Part shown: positions 29,363 to 39,769 of the stretch, piece by piece | Layout: the number at the start of each line of letters is the position of its first letter | How positions within the stretch are numbered: position 1 is the first letter of the stretch | DNA from: Nitrosopumilus sp. | GTDB taxonomy: Archaea; Thermoproteota; Nitrososphaeria; Nitrososphaerales; Nitrosopumilaceae | Assembly (NCBI GenBank): GCA_965214775.1 | Contig: OZ243974.1 | Coordinates: 1,536,001-1,600,000, forward strand | Reading direction: 5' to 3' | DNA: 64,000 bases | Made by a program: the position numbers and the translations under genes | Notes under the pieces: model-generated | Seen by the model: the letters and a program-made list of their open reading frames with translations, nothing else | Databases searched by the model: none | Told to the model about the DNA's origin: nothing

Positions 29363-29436
29363 GCTTCGATAGCTCAGCCTGGTAGAGCGTTACCTTGGTA
29401 AGGTAAAGGTCACGGGTCCGGATCCCGTTCGAAGCT
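29363..29436 (+). tRNA. tRNA-Thr(GGU)
   Basis: GCTTCGA/TCGAAGC acceptor, D-arm GCTCAGCCTGGTAGAGC, anticodon TTACC-TT-GGT-AA-GGTAA. Confidence 0.92.
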
Positions 29437-29558
29437 TTTTAATTTCTAAAGGGCAGTTTTAAAGTTTGTATTTAAGCAGTTTTTGACTAGGAAAAAATTA
29501 GTTCAAGATCAATTTTTTTTGTGTTTCAAAGTGTTAAAAAACTACGTGATACTAGTCA

Positions 29559-30425
29559 TTGAAGCAAGTATATTCCCAAGTATCGGCAGCCGTCCCCCCA
29601 AAACCATTTGTCAAGTGGGCCGGCGGAAAGCGCCAGTTAATTCCGATTATAAATAAGAACCTGCCGAAAACCTTTGGAACCTACTATGAACCGTTTATTG
29701 GGGGGGGTGCCCTGCTTTTCCACATACTCACAGAAAGAAATGCTCAAAAATGCAGCATCTCTGACTTGAATTCTGATCTGGTCTTGACTTACACCACAAT
29801 TCGAGGCAGAATTGACGACCTGATTTCGTCCCTAAAAGACCATGAAAAAAACTATCGCAAGGATTCAAAGTCCTACTATTACTCAATTCGCGAATCCAGT
29901 CCGAGAAGTGAAATTGAAAAGACATCAAGACTGCTCTTCTTGAACAGAACCTGCTTTAATGGATTGTACAGGGTAAACAGCAAAGGAAAGTTCAACGTGC
30001 CCCTTGGACGTTATTCGAACCCAAATATAGTAAACGAGGAGAATCTCCGCTCTGTTAGCGCCCTTTTGCAGGCAAACAGAGTCTCAATCAAGTGTCGTGA
30101 TTTTGAGGCAGTTCTGCAAGATGCCAAAAAAGGTGATCTGGTATACTTTGATCCGCCATACCAGCCGGTAAGCGACACTGCCAATTTCACATGTTATACA
30201 AACAAGGATTTTACAGACAGTGATCTTCGAAGACTGGCAGATCTATGCAACAAACTAGATTCTAAAGGATGCAGAGTTCTTTTGTCAAATTCGGATTCAA
30301 AAAAAGTCTCAGAGATGTTCTCAGGCAGGTCTTGGAAAGTAAAGAAGATTCAGGCAAACCGTTCAATCAATTCTGATTCAAAAAAGAGGACAGGCCACTT
30401 TGAGCTGTTGATAAAAAATTATTAA
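29559..30425 (+). CDS. Dam-like (D12 class) N6-adenine DNA methyltransferase
   Basis: KWAGGK, YYEPFIGGG, FNGLYRVN..G.FNVP.G, DPPY. Confidence 0.92.
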   Translation: MKQVYSQVSAAVPPKPFVKWAGGKRQLIPIINKNLPKTFGTYYEPFIGGGALLFHILTERNAQKCSISDLNSDLVLTYTTIRGRIDDLISSLKDHEKNYRKDSKSYYYSIRESSPRSEIEKTSRLLFLNRTCFNGLYRVNSKGKFNVPLGRYSNPNIVNEENLRSVSALLQANRVSIKCRDFEAVLQDAKKGDLVYFDPPYQPVSDTANFTCYTNKDFTDSDLRRLADLCNKLDSKGCRVLLSNSDSKKVSEMFSGRSWKVKKIQANRSINSDSKKRTGHFELLIKNY

Positions 30426-30529
30426 AAACAACTCAAGATTCATCCTCTAGTATTCCATGTGTTTCCGAAAACCGTTTGGCATGCATGTTGGAGTGTGTAG
30501 ATGACAAAATGAAAAGGAAAGGTTGGTTT

Positions 30530-31180
30530 TTAGTCCCACTTTGACCATGCGGCCATCCATCTGTAGGTCCATGTATTCAATTTACAACCTAGCGCTGCAA
30601 ACGTACATGCCAAAACTGCACCTGCGCCTGCACCTAGAGCAACCGGACTGTTGTAGAACTTGCCTACTTGCGGTTCTATCGGTGTCATGTATGGCGGCAA
30701 TGTCGGTCTTGGATACTTGAATGCCGTTTCAAGTGGGTCTGCTACTGTTATCAGGTTTACCATGTTGAACAACGGTAATGACATTCCTACCAGTACGCCG
30801 CCAAACAGTATCAAGGAGTGCTTGTTCTTCTTTGTTGCCCAGTAGACCAAGTCCAGCAGCATTGCTGATGGCAACCAAACCGGGGTTACAATGAAGTCAT
30901 ATGGATACCCAAGTGCAAACCATGCGCCTTTTGCTACCCATGTGTATACTGTCATAATCAGAGCGTAGTACGTTGCTGTGCCCGGAACGCCTGTAAATGT
31001 TAGGTAATATGTTGCACCTACAATAAGCATCAACGTTTGCGATATTGAGAATACCGTGTACGAAGTCCAAGCCCAGTCAGTGTAGAAGATGTAGTCTCCT
31101 GCATTAATTGTTAACAGTGTTGAGTTAACTGCAACGACTACTATGAACAAGTAGTGCGTACATCGTCTTAACCAGACCAT
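30530..31180 (-). CDS. amoA: Ammonia monooxygenase subunit A
   Basis: MVWLRRCTHYLF...AGDYIFYTDWAWTS...WTYRWMAAWSKWD, 216 aa, canonical archaeal AmoA; ATG at 31180. Confidence 0.98.
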   Translation of the reverse strand: MVWLRRCTHYLFIVVVAVNSTLLTINAGDYIFYTDWAWTSYTVFSISQTLMLIVGATYYLTFTGVPGTATYYALIMTVYTWVAKGAWFALGYPYDFIVTPVWLPSAMLLDLVYWATKKNKHSLILFGGVLVGMSLPLFNMVNLITVADPLETAFKYPRPTLPPYMTPIEPQVGKFYNSPVALGAGAGAVLACTFAALGCKLNTWTYRWMAAWSKWD

Positions 31181-31290
31181 TACAAACCTGAAGAAAGGGT
31201 CAGTATATAAAATTTTAGAGTGGGATAGTTTGCTGCATAACCGTGCCTGAAATTTGAAACTGGGCCAAAAAGCACCGGGGCCTGACTGTA

Positions 31291-31468
31291 CATACATAAA
31301 GTACTATATGCCGAGCGCAGGCTGGCACTTTGGGGGGGGATGGCAGCCGCCGCCAGAGGCCCGTATGGCTTCCAGGACAAGACGGCCACAGAAGCGATCA
31401 GGAAAAACGACCCAAAATGGATGAAAAGCAACATCAATGAATAGCGGACATTATTTCCATATAACACA
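31291..31468 (+). mobile_element. IS481 3'-end remnant in the amoA-amoX intergenic region
   Basis: Homologous to ~805-980, including gccacagaagcgatcaggaaa..gacccaaaatggatg and the identical right end. Confidence 0.85.
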
Positions 31469-31523
31469 CAGGCTGCCATTTTAAGAAAGACTTAAAAGGA
31501 TTCTGAATTAGAATAATTCCATA

Positions 31524-31886
31524 ATGACTCTTCCTAAAGGATTTGGTTCTGGCGGTGGCGGTGGATCATCTAGCGCCGACGTAGAACGAATGATTGGAAA
31601 ACGTGTTGAAAACATGACCGGCATGATTACAATTTCATTCTGGGCAGCATGGTTGGCAACATTTGGCGGTACTGCAGCAGGATACTTTTATTATCCATGG
31701 GCATATCCGACCCCGAGTGGCCACTTTGCATTCATCGTACTTACAATCATTGAGGCAATAGGTTATATCTTCTGTGTCAAAGTCATGGAAGAAGGTTCCA
31801 ACAAGAATAGCAATGGTATCGTTGGCGGCAGTGTCGCTGCAGTTGCAGCAGGTACGGTCTTCATCGCATTATACGTTGGCAACTAG
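31524..31886 (+). CDS. amoX: Ammonia monooxygenase-associated subunit X
   Basis: MTLPKGFG..DVERMIG..YPWAYPTPSGH; membrane helices; adjacent to amoA. Confidence 0.9.
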   Translation: MTLPKGFGSGGGGGSSSADVERMIGKRVENMTGMITISFWAAWLATFGGTAAGYFYYPWAYPTPSGHFAFIVLTIIEAIGYIFCVKVMEEGSNKNSNGIVGGSVAAVAAGTVFIALYVGN

Positions 31887-32079
31887 AAGGAACCCCCTTC
31901 AGACACTTTATTTTTCATTTTCATTCTGATAAAAAACGACAACGGTGTTGTTTGTCGTCATGCCTGTGGAATCCCATCTGACTTCCTCCTGATGGAATAT
32001 TTGTACAAGCACCTTCAAATGCGTCATTCCTAAAACAAACTCCCCGTCTGTTTATCATCTGCCCACACGTCTTTGGCTG

Positions 32080-32187
32080 TAACAGTCAGGCTCTGGAAGC
32101 TCAGGCATGAATTTTGCCACTAATGAATCCGATCAAAATAGAATCTGTGCCTAAAACCAGAAAGGGTTTGCAGAACCCGATCAGTTG
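32080..32187. mobile_element. MITE family D, copy 2 (diverged)
   Basis: Colinear similarity to 1136-1244 (taacag..ctctggaag..tccgatc..aatctgtgcctaaaaccag). Confidence 0.55.
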
Positions 32188-32227
32188 CCAAATTAGTCTT
32201 TATACGATACCTTGATCCAAAAACAGT

Positions 32228-33124
32228 ATGGGCCGTGGCTATTCTGCTGAAGGGATTCGTGAAAAACTGATTTCGATTTTAGAGGATTCAGAGTCTGGAA
32301 TGTCCGGTGTCGAGATTTCAGACAAAATCGGAATCAATAGAATCACCATAGCAAAATATCTGAAGGTCTTTGCCGCTGAGGGATTGCTGCGCCAAAAAAA
32401 TATTGGAAATACCACCCTGTGGTTTTTAGAGCCTGGACAAGAGGCATACGATTTCCCGGATGATTATTTCAAAGTGGCGCCACAATACCTTGACTTTCTG
32501 GTAAAGGGCTCTGAGGAACAGGTATTCTCGCTGATTAGAAACTGCCTTCGCTCCGGCGCAGCAGCAAGCAGGCTGGTTTTAGAGGTCATTCTTCCGGCAA
32601 TCGAGGCGGCAAACCAACTGTTTGAGGACGGAAAGATCGGGACTGCTGAAAGAAATCTTCTTAGAACGACAATTTCCAAGTCGTTGCAGATTTTCAACCA
32701 TACGCAAACTGCCTCAGAACAGAAAAAGAACGTCGTCCTGATTGCAGCAGATTCCAACAGCAGCCTGGTTTCTGAAGCCGCTGCTGCTGCATACCATTCA
32801 GAAGGATGGAGGGTTTCCAATCTTGGCGACATGTCATCTGCAATCGACGTTCTATTTGACTTGGATTTTCAAAAATTGGTAGGAAAAGTCTGGAAACAAA
32901 AGCCTGGAATTCTAATAGTTGTGGTTTTTTCAGAAACTGACGAGGGTCTCAATTTTTTCGCAGATTCAATAAATCCCACCAGGGAAAAATCCGGCAAAAA
33001 AATGAAGCTGGCACTGTGGGGGAAGACTTCCAAAAAAAAGGCCAAGTCCCGTTCCAACTTGACATCTGAGAAAATCGAGGATATCCTGCAATGGTCCCAA
33101 TCAACGTTTGAAAATATAAGGTAA
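32228..33124 (+). CDS. HTH transcriptional regulator with cobalamin-binding-like domain
   Basis: N-terminal HTH (GVEISDKIGINRITIAKYL); B12-cap-like VILPAI..LFEDGKIGTAE; GWRVSNLG. Confidence 0.75.
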   Translation: MGRGYSAEGIREKLISILEDSESGMSGVEISDKIGINRITIAKYLKVFAAEGLLRQKNIGNTTLWFLEPGQEAYDFPDDYFKVAPQYLDFLVKGSEEQVFSLIRNCLRSGAAASRLVLEVILPAIEAANQLFEDGKIGTAERNLLRTTISKSLQIFNHTQTASEQKKNVVLIAADSNSSLVSEAAAAAYHSEGWRVSNLGDMSSAIDVLFDLDFQKLVGKVWKQKPGILIVVVFSETDEGLNFFADSINPTREKSGKKMKLALWGKTSKKKAKSRSNLTSEKIEDILQWSQSTFENIR

Positions 33125-33139
33125 GACGGGGCGCCCCGC

Positions 33140-34636
33140 TCAGGCGATCTCGAGCCGGTCGTCGATGCTGACCCTTCTGACATTGCCGTGCAGTTTGTGG
33201 AATTCGCCGGCCTTTTCGGTGTGTATCGGGATCAGCGTATTTGGCGAGGAGCCGTCGATGACGTCCTTGATCTGGTCGCGCGTGCCGTGTCCCGAAACGT
33301 GGGCAGTCGTCCACGACTTGTCACTGGATAGCAGACCAAAGTGGATCAGCCAGCGCTTGACGCGATCCTGGTCCAGCTTCATCTCGTCGTTGAATGGTTC
33401 TGTGGATGACCGGACATAGCCGGATCCCTCCTCTGGTCTCACGTCTATGAGGTTCTGCAGCTGAAAGTCCGAGCAGTAGAAGATGAATTTTTTCTGATCC
33501 TTTCTGACGTCCCTGTAATCCACATAGTTAGGATAGTCCAGAAACTCGCGCTCCCATCCCCTGTAGTCTGCCTGGATCTGGCTCTCCGGCCAGACATTCC
33601 TGTCCTTGTCCAGCAGTCCCCACGACTTTCTGGAGACGAACACCTTGATGTTGGGATCCGTCGGTGCGGGGTACTCGCCCTTCCACTCGTCTGATGTCTG
33701 GAACAGCTTTAGCAGGTAGGCCTGCTTTGTGTCTATCACCAGGTCGCGCCCCGTGGCCTTGGCGGCATTATAGAATGACACCATCCTGTCCAGATCCCTC
33801 GTGGGATATGTGCAGACGACCATCTTCTCGGTCCGGTTGATCACGTCAGTCACGTCCTCCTCTACCTTGAACTCGGTGACACTGTCGCTCTTGTCTATCC
33901 TCGTGCCCTCGCACAGCAGATAGTCCATGTCCTCGTCACCGCATCTGTCCACGAATTTCTGGCTGTATTTTTTACGTCTCCCGTGGAACCTGATGTCTGC
34001 AGTATACCCGATGCTGCCCTCGGACGTGTGTATTATGAACCCGTAGACGCCCGGCAGCGAGTGATCTATGGGGATGGATTCTACTGAGATCGAGTCAAGA
34101 TTCAGCTGCCTTGATGGGCCGATCGTCTTTATGTTCCTCGGAGTCTCCTCCCTGTGCTTGTCTGACTTTGCCCTGCTTATCCCTCCTCTGCTGTTCTCGT
34201 ACGTCCTAAAGTTCTCCTTGTACGTGATGTACTCCTCGCCCCCGCCCGTGTCCTGGAAGCACTGCATGATCAGTTTGCTTGCATCCGAGCAGTACACGGG
34301 GATCTCCGGCCTCAGGTAGTGTATGTAGGCGCAGTGATCCACGTGGGCATGGGACAGCAGAACCCCGTCTATCGACGTCTCCTGGCCGTGATCCCCGTAT
34401 TCCATGTGCCTAGAATAGTCCCTGCGGTAGATCCCCTTGATGTCAGGCAGAAGATTGAACTCGAACATGTCCCCCATGCCTGTAAGCTTTCTGGGGTTGG
34501 CAAACTCTGCAAAGTATTCGTTTACCTTGCCCATCTGCATCCCAAAGTCAAGGAACACCTTGGTCCCCTTGTCCTCGAGAAGTATCTTGGTTCCACCGAT
34601 CTCGTCGACTCCCCCGTAGAATGTAAGTGACGTCAC
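33140..34636 (-). CDS. Metallo-beta-lactamase/beta-CASP nuclease (RNase J-like)
   Basis: FYGGVDEIGG, LDFG, SHAHVDH, DHS, YTADIRFHG, HVSGH, IPIHTE. Confidence 0.85.
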   Translation of the reverse strand: MTSLTFYGGVDEIGGTKILLEDKGTKVFLDFGMQMGKVNEYFAEFANPRKLTGMGDMFEFNLLPDIKGIYRRDYSRHMEYGDHGQETSIDGVLLSHAHVDHCAYIHYLRPEIPVYCSDASKLIMQCFQDTGGGEEYITYKENFRTYENSRGGISRAKSDKHREETPRNIKTIGPSRQLNLDSISVESIPIDHSLPGVYGFIIHTSEGSIGYTADIRFHGRRKKYSQKFVDRCGDEDMDYLLCEGTRIDKSDSVTEFKVEEDVTDVINRTEKMVVCTYPTRDLDRMVSFYNAAKATGRDLVIDTKQAYLLKLFQTSDEWKGEYPAPTDPNIKVFVSRKSWGLLDKDRNVWPESQIQADYRGWEREFLDYPNYVDYRDVRKDQKKFIFYCSDFQLQNLIDVRPEEGSGYVRSSTEPFNDEMKLDQDRVKRWLIHFGLLSSDKSWTTAHVSGHGTRDQIKDVIDGSSPNTLIPIHTEKAGEFHKLHGNVRRVSIDDRLEIA

Positions 34637-35044
34637 TGTATTGGATGCTGTTTTGCATTATATGAAAATTATGTCCGCCGTAGTATGTTGTATGACCCTG
34701 ACTTTAGGCACAAAAGATTGGCTGTTTTTACGCGCCACGGTAAGAGTGGACTCTGCAGATTCTGCCGATGGTATATGATGACGAGATCTGTGGCGGGCAG
34801 ATTCAGATCTGGAACAAGATCTAGCTTACAGAAAAACAGCAAGTGACAGCCGTCTGGAGGGCGTAGAATTGGATGCAAGGGATCTTACAAAAGGATGAAT
34901 GCAGGCAAGAATCGGCTACGTGTATGGTTTGATGGGGAAAAGTCAAAATTTTCTATCATTTTCACAAGAGATGGATTGGCTGCGGAGGAACTTTTGAAGG
35001 CAAGCCAGATAATTTCCCTGCCTGCAAATCTTTTCTAGTAGGAT

Positions 35045-36163
35045 TTACTGAAAGTCAATCTCCCTGTACTCGATGCCGTCTGCGGCAAGCAGCTCCCTCA
35101 GCTTTTCTGGAATCTTGGGGGCGACTACGATAAACCTGGAATCTGTCCTGCCGGACTTTCGCTCATAGTCGTTTTTGTATCCCAGTATCTGCCGCTTTAC
35201 GCCAGTCGGAGCCGACGGATACTTTAGCTCCAGCCCGACTGCAACCCCGTTTGCATCCCTGCACAGAAAGTCAATGGGTCCCGTCTCCAGCCTGTACTCT
35301 GACTTTTCCAGCAAAAGCCCGTCCTCTACCAGATGCAGGTTGTCCCTTATGTAGTCCTGGTACTGGCTCTCTTTTCTGACGGTGCTATCCAGCCTCTTTT
35401 GCAGCCAGTCGGGATTGTCGACATAGCTGTAAATCCACTCGTACTCGGGTGCCAGGTAAAACGCGGATATCTTCTTGGCCTCGACAATGCCGCCGTCTGC
35501 CAGTCTTTTGAGGAACTTGTCGCAGCTGGACTTGGGGATTCCCTCCGATACGATGAGATCCTCCTCGGCATCGGGCGCCAGTCCCCCGTTTAGCAGCTTA
35601 ATCAGCTTGCACTGCCAGTTCAACGTCCTGATCTGCTGCGAGTCAAACAGTGATTCGAGTACCTCCATCCTCTCTGCGACCTCGTCGGCGCCCAGCATCT
35701 TCTCGATTCGCTCCTTGAGATCCTCAAACTCCTCCCTGGATACGCTGTTCTGGGCCAGGTGGCTGCTTGCGTGCTCTGTAATCGTCTGCGTCGCGTTTTT
35801 TATCATCTCGTCCCTTGTCTTGTTCAGATCCTCGGTGGTGCCGAGCTTGAACTTGTCCATCTGATCTGTTATGTCCTCCTTTAGAATTGTAAAGTCAGAA
35901 CAGAGCCTCTGCATGTTTTCCTGCATGGATGTGACCTCGTTTGTATGCGGCAGGTTGGTCTTCAGGGATGTCAGATCCTCGTATGCCGTCTTCAGGTCGG
36001 TCTCGATTCTCGATACATCGTACTGAATCTTCGGATCCAGGCCGCTCAGCGGCTGCAGCCTCTTGTTGATTGCAGATATTCCCCTCCGGGACATGCCGTA
36101 AAAGACCGCGCTGATTATGACTGCGGCAGCTATTGCCAGAATGACGGCAGCGCCCGGTTCCAT
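35045..36163 (-). CDS. Membrane-anchored coiled-coil protein with C-terminal NucS-like PD-(D/E)XK endonuclease domain
   Basis: N-terminal TM helix, coiled coil, then ESQYQDYI..EY..GPIDFLCRD..GLELK..QILGY; start at 36163 inferred. Confidence 0.75.
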   Translation of the reverse strand: MEPGAAVILAIAAAVIISAVFYGMSRRGISAINKRLQPLSGLDPKIQYDVSRIETDLKTAYEDLTSLKTNLPHTNEVTSMQENMQRLCSDFTILKEDITDQMDKFKLGTTEDLNKTRDEMIKNATQTITEHASSHLAQNSVSREEFEDLKERIEKMLGADEVAERMEVLESLFDSQQIRTLNWQCKLIKLLNGGLAPDAEEDLIVSEGIPKSSCDKFLKRLADGGIVEAKKISAFYLAPEYEWIYSYVDNPDWLQKRLDSTVRKESQYQDYIRDNLHLVEDGLLLEKSEYRLETGPIDFLCRDANGVAVGLELKYPSAPTGVKRQILGYKNDYERKSGRTDSRFIVVAPKIPEKLRELLAADGIEYREIDFQ

Positions 36164-36479
36164 CTGCAGGGGTATCTGAATCAATACGGAGTCCACGGAT
36201 GCGCGGATTTTATGTGTTTGTGAGCGGGATCCGGACGGTATTGCATGAACGCCACGTTTGCTATAGCTAAGCGAAAAGTATCCCGGATCTGACGTCAGAG
36301 TGGGGTTGGACTCCCTGACATGATAAACCGTCATACCTTCATGGGAGATGATGATCCGAAATCAGAAACTGCAAATGCCCGGATTTTTCTGTACATTTGC
36401 CAAGTAACTTACAGATGACTCGTCATTTGCAAGTCATGAAGCCTTTCTGCCGGGACGCAGCAGACTGTCTGAATCAAAA

Positions 36480-37030
36480 ACCAAATCACTACAACAGTCT
36501 TCACAGAAATACCACATCAGATTGTCCCAGGCTAGAAACAACTCAGATACTCAGATGAGGTCGCCTGCAGATCCGCATGCTCTCTCCTGTACCGCCGCGA
36601 GTCGGTCACTTTTAGGAAGGCTGGATCCGCACGATACACCATGGTCATCACAAAGAGAAGGAAAAAACGGTCAGATAGGATCAGGGAGGAGGAGCTACCT
36701 GCACAAGAACGGCTCATCGGATTTGCAACCGGCGTGCCCGGAATAGATCCTGACGGGTACAGCCGCAGGTAGGGATCGAGACAGGATACCGGATGATAGA
36801 GAGCGCAAGGATTAGGATCCACAGCAAGAGCTAGGTCGCAAGGATGCCGTACTTTGTGTACTCTGGCAGTCTTCAATGCGTGGGTCATGGCAAACGCGAT
36901 GATGAGGTACATGACGGGGATCAGTACCGAGGATCCCCTGATCACCCAGCAGTGTCTCAAGGACGTGATCAAGCTCAACATAACAGACTGTAGGATGATG
37001 CCCCAGCCCCCTCCGCCAGCGCCTCCCTGA
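36480..37030 (+). pseudogene. Degraded ISH3/IS4-type transposase fragment
   Basis: Reads IGFATG..YSRR*[frameshift]IETGYRMIE..AVFNAWVMAN, matching the YxxRWGIETGYR motif. Confidence 0.65.
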
Positions 37031-37094
37031 GTTACTTCTGGGAAGACTGCCAACACACAAATATATTTAACATGCATCTATTCCTAAAAATCAG

Positions 37095-37955
37095 ATGAGT
37101 CATGATTTAAATATCAACATCAACATTGATGAAATCCTAGGCGATGTACCTGCACAATACCTGCCAATTGATAAGCTGATTACGGGAAAGAATCAGGCCA
37201 GACAATCCAAAGTGAAGGTGAGTGAAGATTCAAAACTAGTTGATCAGATTAGAAAGGTCGGCGGACTGCTGCAACCAATTATCGTAAAAAAACTCAAAGA
37301 TGAAACCTATGAGATAATTGTAGGCCAAAGGCGTACTGGAGCATATCGTATACTAAGTAAGGAAGATGACAAATTCAAAAAAATCAAGGCATATGTAATA
37401 ACAAAGGATCTATCACAAGATGAGATTAAGGTCATATCGTTCATAGAAAACTATGGGCGTGATGACATGGACAAAGCGGATTATGTAAACGTCATAGAAT
37501 ATTTTTATCAAAAATATGGAAAGATAGCAGGTGCTGCCAAGGCTTTAGGAATATCACCAAATGATGCCAAAAAATACCTCACTCATGCAAGACTGAGTGA
37601 CAAAGTAAAGGAATGTATTGCTAGAAAAGAGTTCACTATAGACACTGCAATGAAGGCTCTAAAGGCGCTAGGTGACGACGAGGACTCTGTGGATGAGGAC
37701 ATGTTAATTGAAACGGCAAGAGAGTTGAAAAAACTCAAACCAGCTAAACGGAATAAGGTAGTCAAAAAGATGCAGAGTGGTACACCATTGAAAACTGCAA
37801 TAAAGATCCAGCAATCCACCACAACATTAAACATAGATATAACAGATGATCAGTTGGACAGACTTGAGACATATAAGAGCAAGTATGGTTACGAAAACAA
37901 AGAAGATGCCGCCACTGAAGCACTTGATGTGGCTTTACTGCAAGATTTGACGTAA
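37095..37955 (+). CDS. ParB-like protein (CTPase fold + HTH + C-terminal RHH-like)
   Basis: NQAR, GLLQPIIV, YEIIVGQRR, ENYGR; HTH AAKALGIS. Confidence 0.85.
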   Translation: MSHDLNININIDEILGDVPAQYLPIDKLITGKNQARQSKVKVSEDSKLVDQIRKVGGLLQPIIVKKLKDETYEIIVGQRRTGAYRILSKEDDKFKKIKAYVITKDLSQDEIKVISFIENYGRDDMDKADYVNVIEYFYQKYGKIAGAAKALGISPNDAKKYLTHARLSDKVKECIARKEFTIDTAMKALKALGDDEDSVDEDMLIETARELKKLKPAKRNKVVKKMQSGTPLKTAIKIQQSTTTLNIDITDDQLDRLETYKSKYGYENKEDAATEALDVALLQDLT

Positions 37956-37971
37956 AGGGAACACGGCCACA

Positions 37972-38706
37972 ATGGGTATTTTTAATGATCCAAAAAGACT
38001 GGCTAAATTATTAATGTGCTTCAAGGTTCACGAAAGTGCCCGTCCACTGTCCCCTATAGCGGTAGCAGAATGGCTAAAAGAGGCGGAGGATGAATTGGGC
38101 AATGCACAGGATGTCATGAAACGGGTGGGTATAGAGAAATTCATGTGGGATGGGTTCAGAACACTACTATCGATACATGGGGAGTTTAAAGATCAGGTGA
38201 AATGGGGGGCAAGTAACCCAAGGACGATGCAGATTGGAATGAGTGCGGCCAGAGTCATAGGCACTTTTAAGCCTGAAGACCAGAACATATTGATTGGATC
38301 CATGTGGGACTATGGAACACCGTTTGGGTATGAGGAACTCAGAAGGATAAAAGCATGCTACACATCAGAATCACTGACACTGCCAGAGGCAATCAAAAAG
38401 ATTATGAAGTCAGATCGCATACAGCGAACGGTTATCTTTATGTTCATTTCTGGACTGGATGAGAGTATAAGAGACAACCTTTCCAGAGAATCGGATAAAA
38501 GGGGCATTCCACTAAACGACCTGACCAAACAAATTCTATCGGAACATCTTCCAGAGAACTCAATCACGAGTGTAAAAATACTTCAAAACGCAATCAGAAT
38601 TGTATTTACGGAAAATGGAAAAAAAGAGTTTGACAAACTAATAAAGTCAGAATCGATCAACAAGAACGACATGGTGAATCACATGTTGAAAGCCGGGGGG
38701 TTTTAA
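37972..38706 (+). CDS. ParB/KorB-type HTH protein lacking the CTPase domain, with RHH-like segment
   Basis: LSPIAVAEWL..VMKRVG..LLSI..IGMSAARVI..EDQ resembles the ParB central domain; LDESIRDNLSRES..GIPLNDLTKQIL resembles RHH. Confidence 0.55.
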   Translation: MGIFNDPKRLAKLLMCFKVHESARPLSPIAVAEWLKEAEDELGNAQDVMKRVGIEKFMWDGFRTLLSIHGEFKDQVKWGASNPRTMQIGMSAARVIGTFKPEDQNILIGSMWDYGTPFGYEELRRIKACYTSESLTLPEAIKKIMKSDRIQRTVIFMFISGLDESIRDNLSRESDKRGIPLNDLTKQILSEHLPENSITSVKILQNAIRIVFTENGKKEFDKLIKSESINKNDMVNHMLKAGGF

Positions 38707-38709
38707 ACA

Positions 38710-39768
38710 ATGTCTGATATAAACGCGTCAGTAACGCAGGACGGTGCTATATTATTGGGAAAACTGTTCTCATGTGATGGTCATGTGTATGGCAGAGGAC
38801 ATTTTGTATTTTCCCACATGCATTCGGATCATACAGACAAGCTGTCAAAATGCCTCCACAACGGAAAAATATACCTGTCAAAACCAACCCGTGATCTGTT
38901 AGAGGCAATCAATGATGAAAACTATGGAAGTGATCCACAAATGATAAAGAGAAGCCAGATAGAAATTTTGGATTTTGGACGTAAAAAAATCGTAAACCAT
39001 GACGACGTGACGGAAATATTGACACTGCATGAGTCAAACCATGTTCTTGGTGCAAGCCAGGTGGAGGTAATCACAAAGGAGGGACAAAAAATAGTGTATT
39101 CGGGAGATATCACCAATTCGGACCAACCGCTAAAGGATATAAACACGCTAGTTCTTGACGCCACACATGGTCATCCCCAATATTCCAAATACTCTGACAA
39201 AGAAAGTGTCGAAAGGCGATTCATAGATAAAATTGACGAGGTCATTCATAATGACAGGGCTCAGCCGGTGGTCATTCACGCACATCAGGGCAAGCTGCAG
39301 GAAATCATGTCCTTGATTTCAAATCATAGCGAGTTTAATGATTTTCCACTACACACATCCTCAAAAAGCATACGCATATCCAAGGTATACCAAAAATATG
39401 ACTTTAATATAAGAGATGATCTTGTAGATGAAAAGTCGGACGAGGCAGAGACGGCAAGAGAGAGCGGATGGCCATACATACAATGTACGTCACATTTTAG
39501 CAAAAAAACCTATGAGATCAATGGAAAGGCATATTCGATTTTTGTATATGATTCACTTCCAGACGGTTCCCAGATAAATGAAAACGAAAACAGTACGTCA
39601 TTTTCTACCACATCCCATGCGGATTTTGATAATATAATCAAATATGTTCAAAATGCCTGCCCTAAATTCATAATTGTAGACTCGACAAGAACTAACCAAT
39701 ACAAGTCGCTAGTCAAGGAACTTCGTGATAGGGGATTCAACGTACAATATCAGCCAAAAAGGAAATGA
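38710..39768 (+). CDS. Metallo-beta-lactamase-fold nuclease (beta-CASP/SNM1-like)
   Basis: SHMHSDH, NHVLGA, YSGD, LDAT, SHADF. Confidence 0.82.
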   Translation: MSDINASVTQDGAILLGKLFSCDGHVYGRGHFVFSHMHSDHTDKLSKCLHNGKIYLSKPTRDLLEAINDENYGSDPQMIKRSQIEILDFGRKKIVNHDDVTEILTLHESNHVLGASQVEVITKEGQKIVYSGDITNSDQPLKDINTLVLDATHGHPQYSKYSDKESVERRFIDKIDEVIHNDRAQPVVIHAHQGKLQEIMSLISNHSEFNDFPLHTSSKSIRISKVYQKYDFNIRDDLVDEKSDEAETARESGWPYIQCTSHFSKKTYEINGKAYSIFVYDSLPDGSQINENENSTSFSTTSHADFDNIIKYVQNACPKFIIVDSTRTNQYKSLVKELRDRGFNVQYQPKRK

Positions 39769-39769
39769 T

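Noticed and set aside
29150-29436. tRNA attachment sites for the two integrases
   Set aside because: No duplicated tRNA 3' ends were noticed elsewhere in the window
31181-31297. Extended AmoA N-terminus (255 aa)
   Set aside because: Canonical AmoA starts at MVWLRR (31180); the extension runs into promoter and IS remnant sequence
34670-35040. Possible decayed RelE-like toxin
   Set aside because: Only a vague resemblance in a broken frame; not supportable
36532-37077. 181-aa minus-strand ORF
   Set aside because: Shadow of a plus-strand ISH3-type transposase pseudogene
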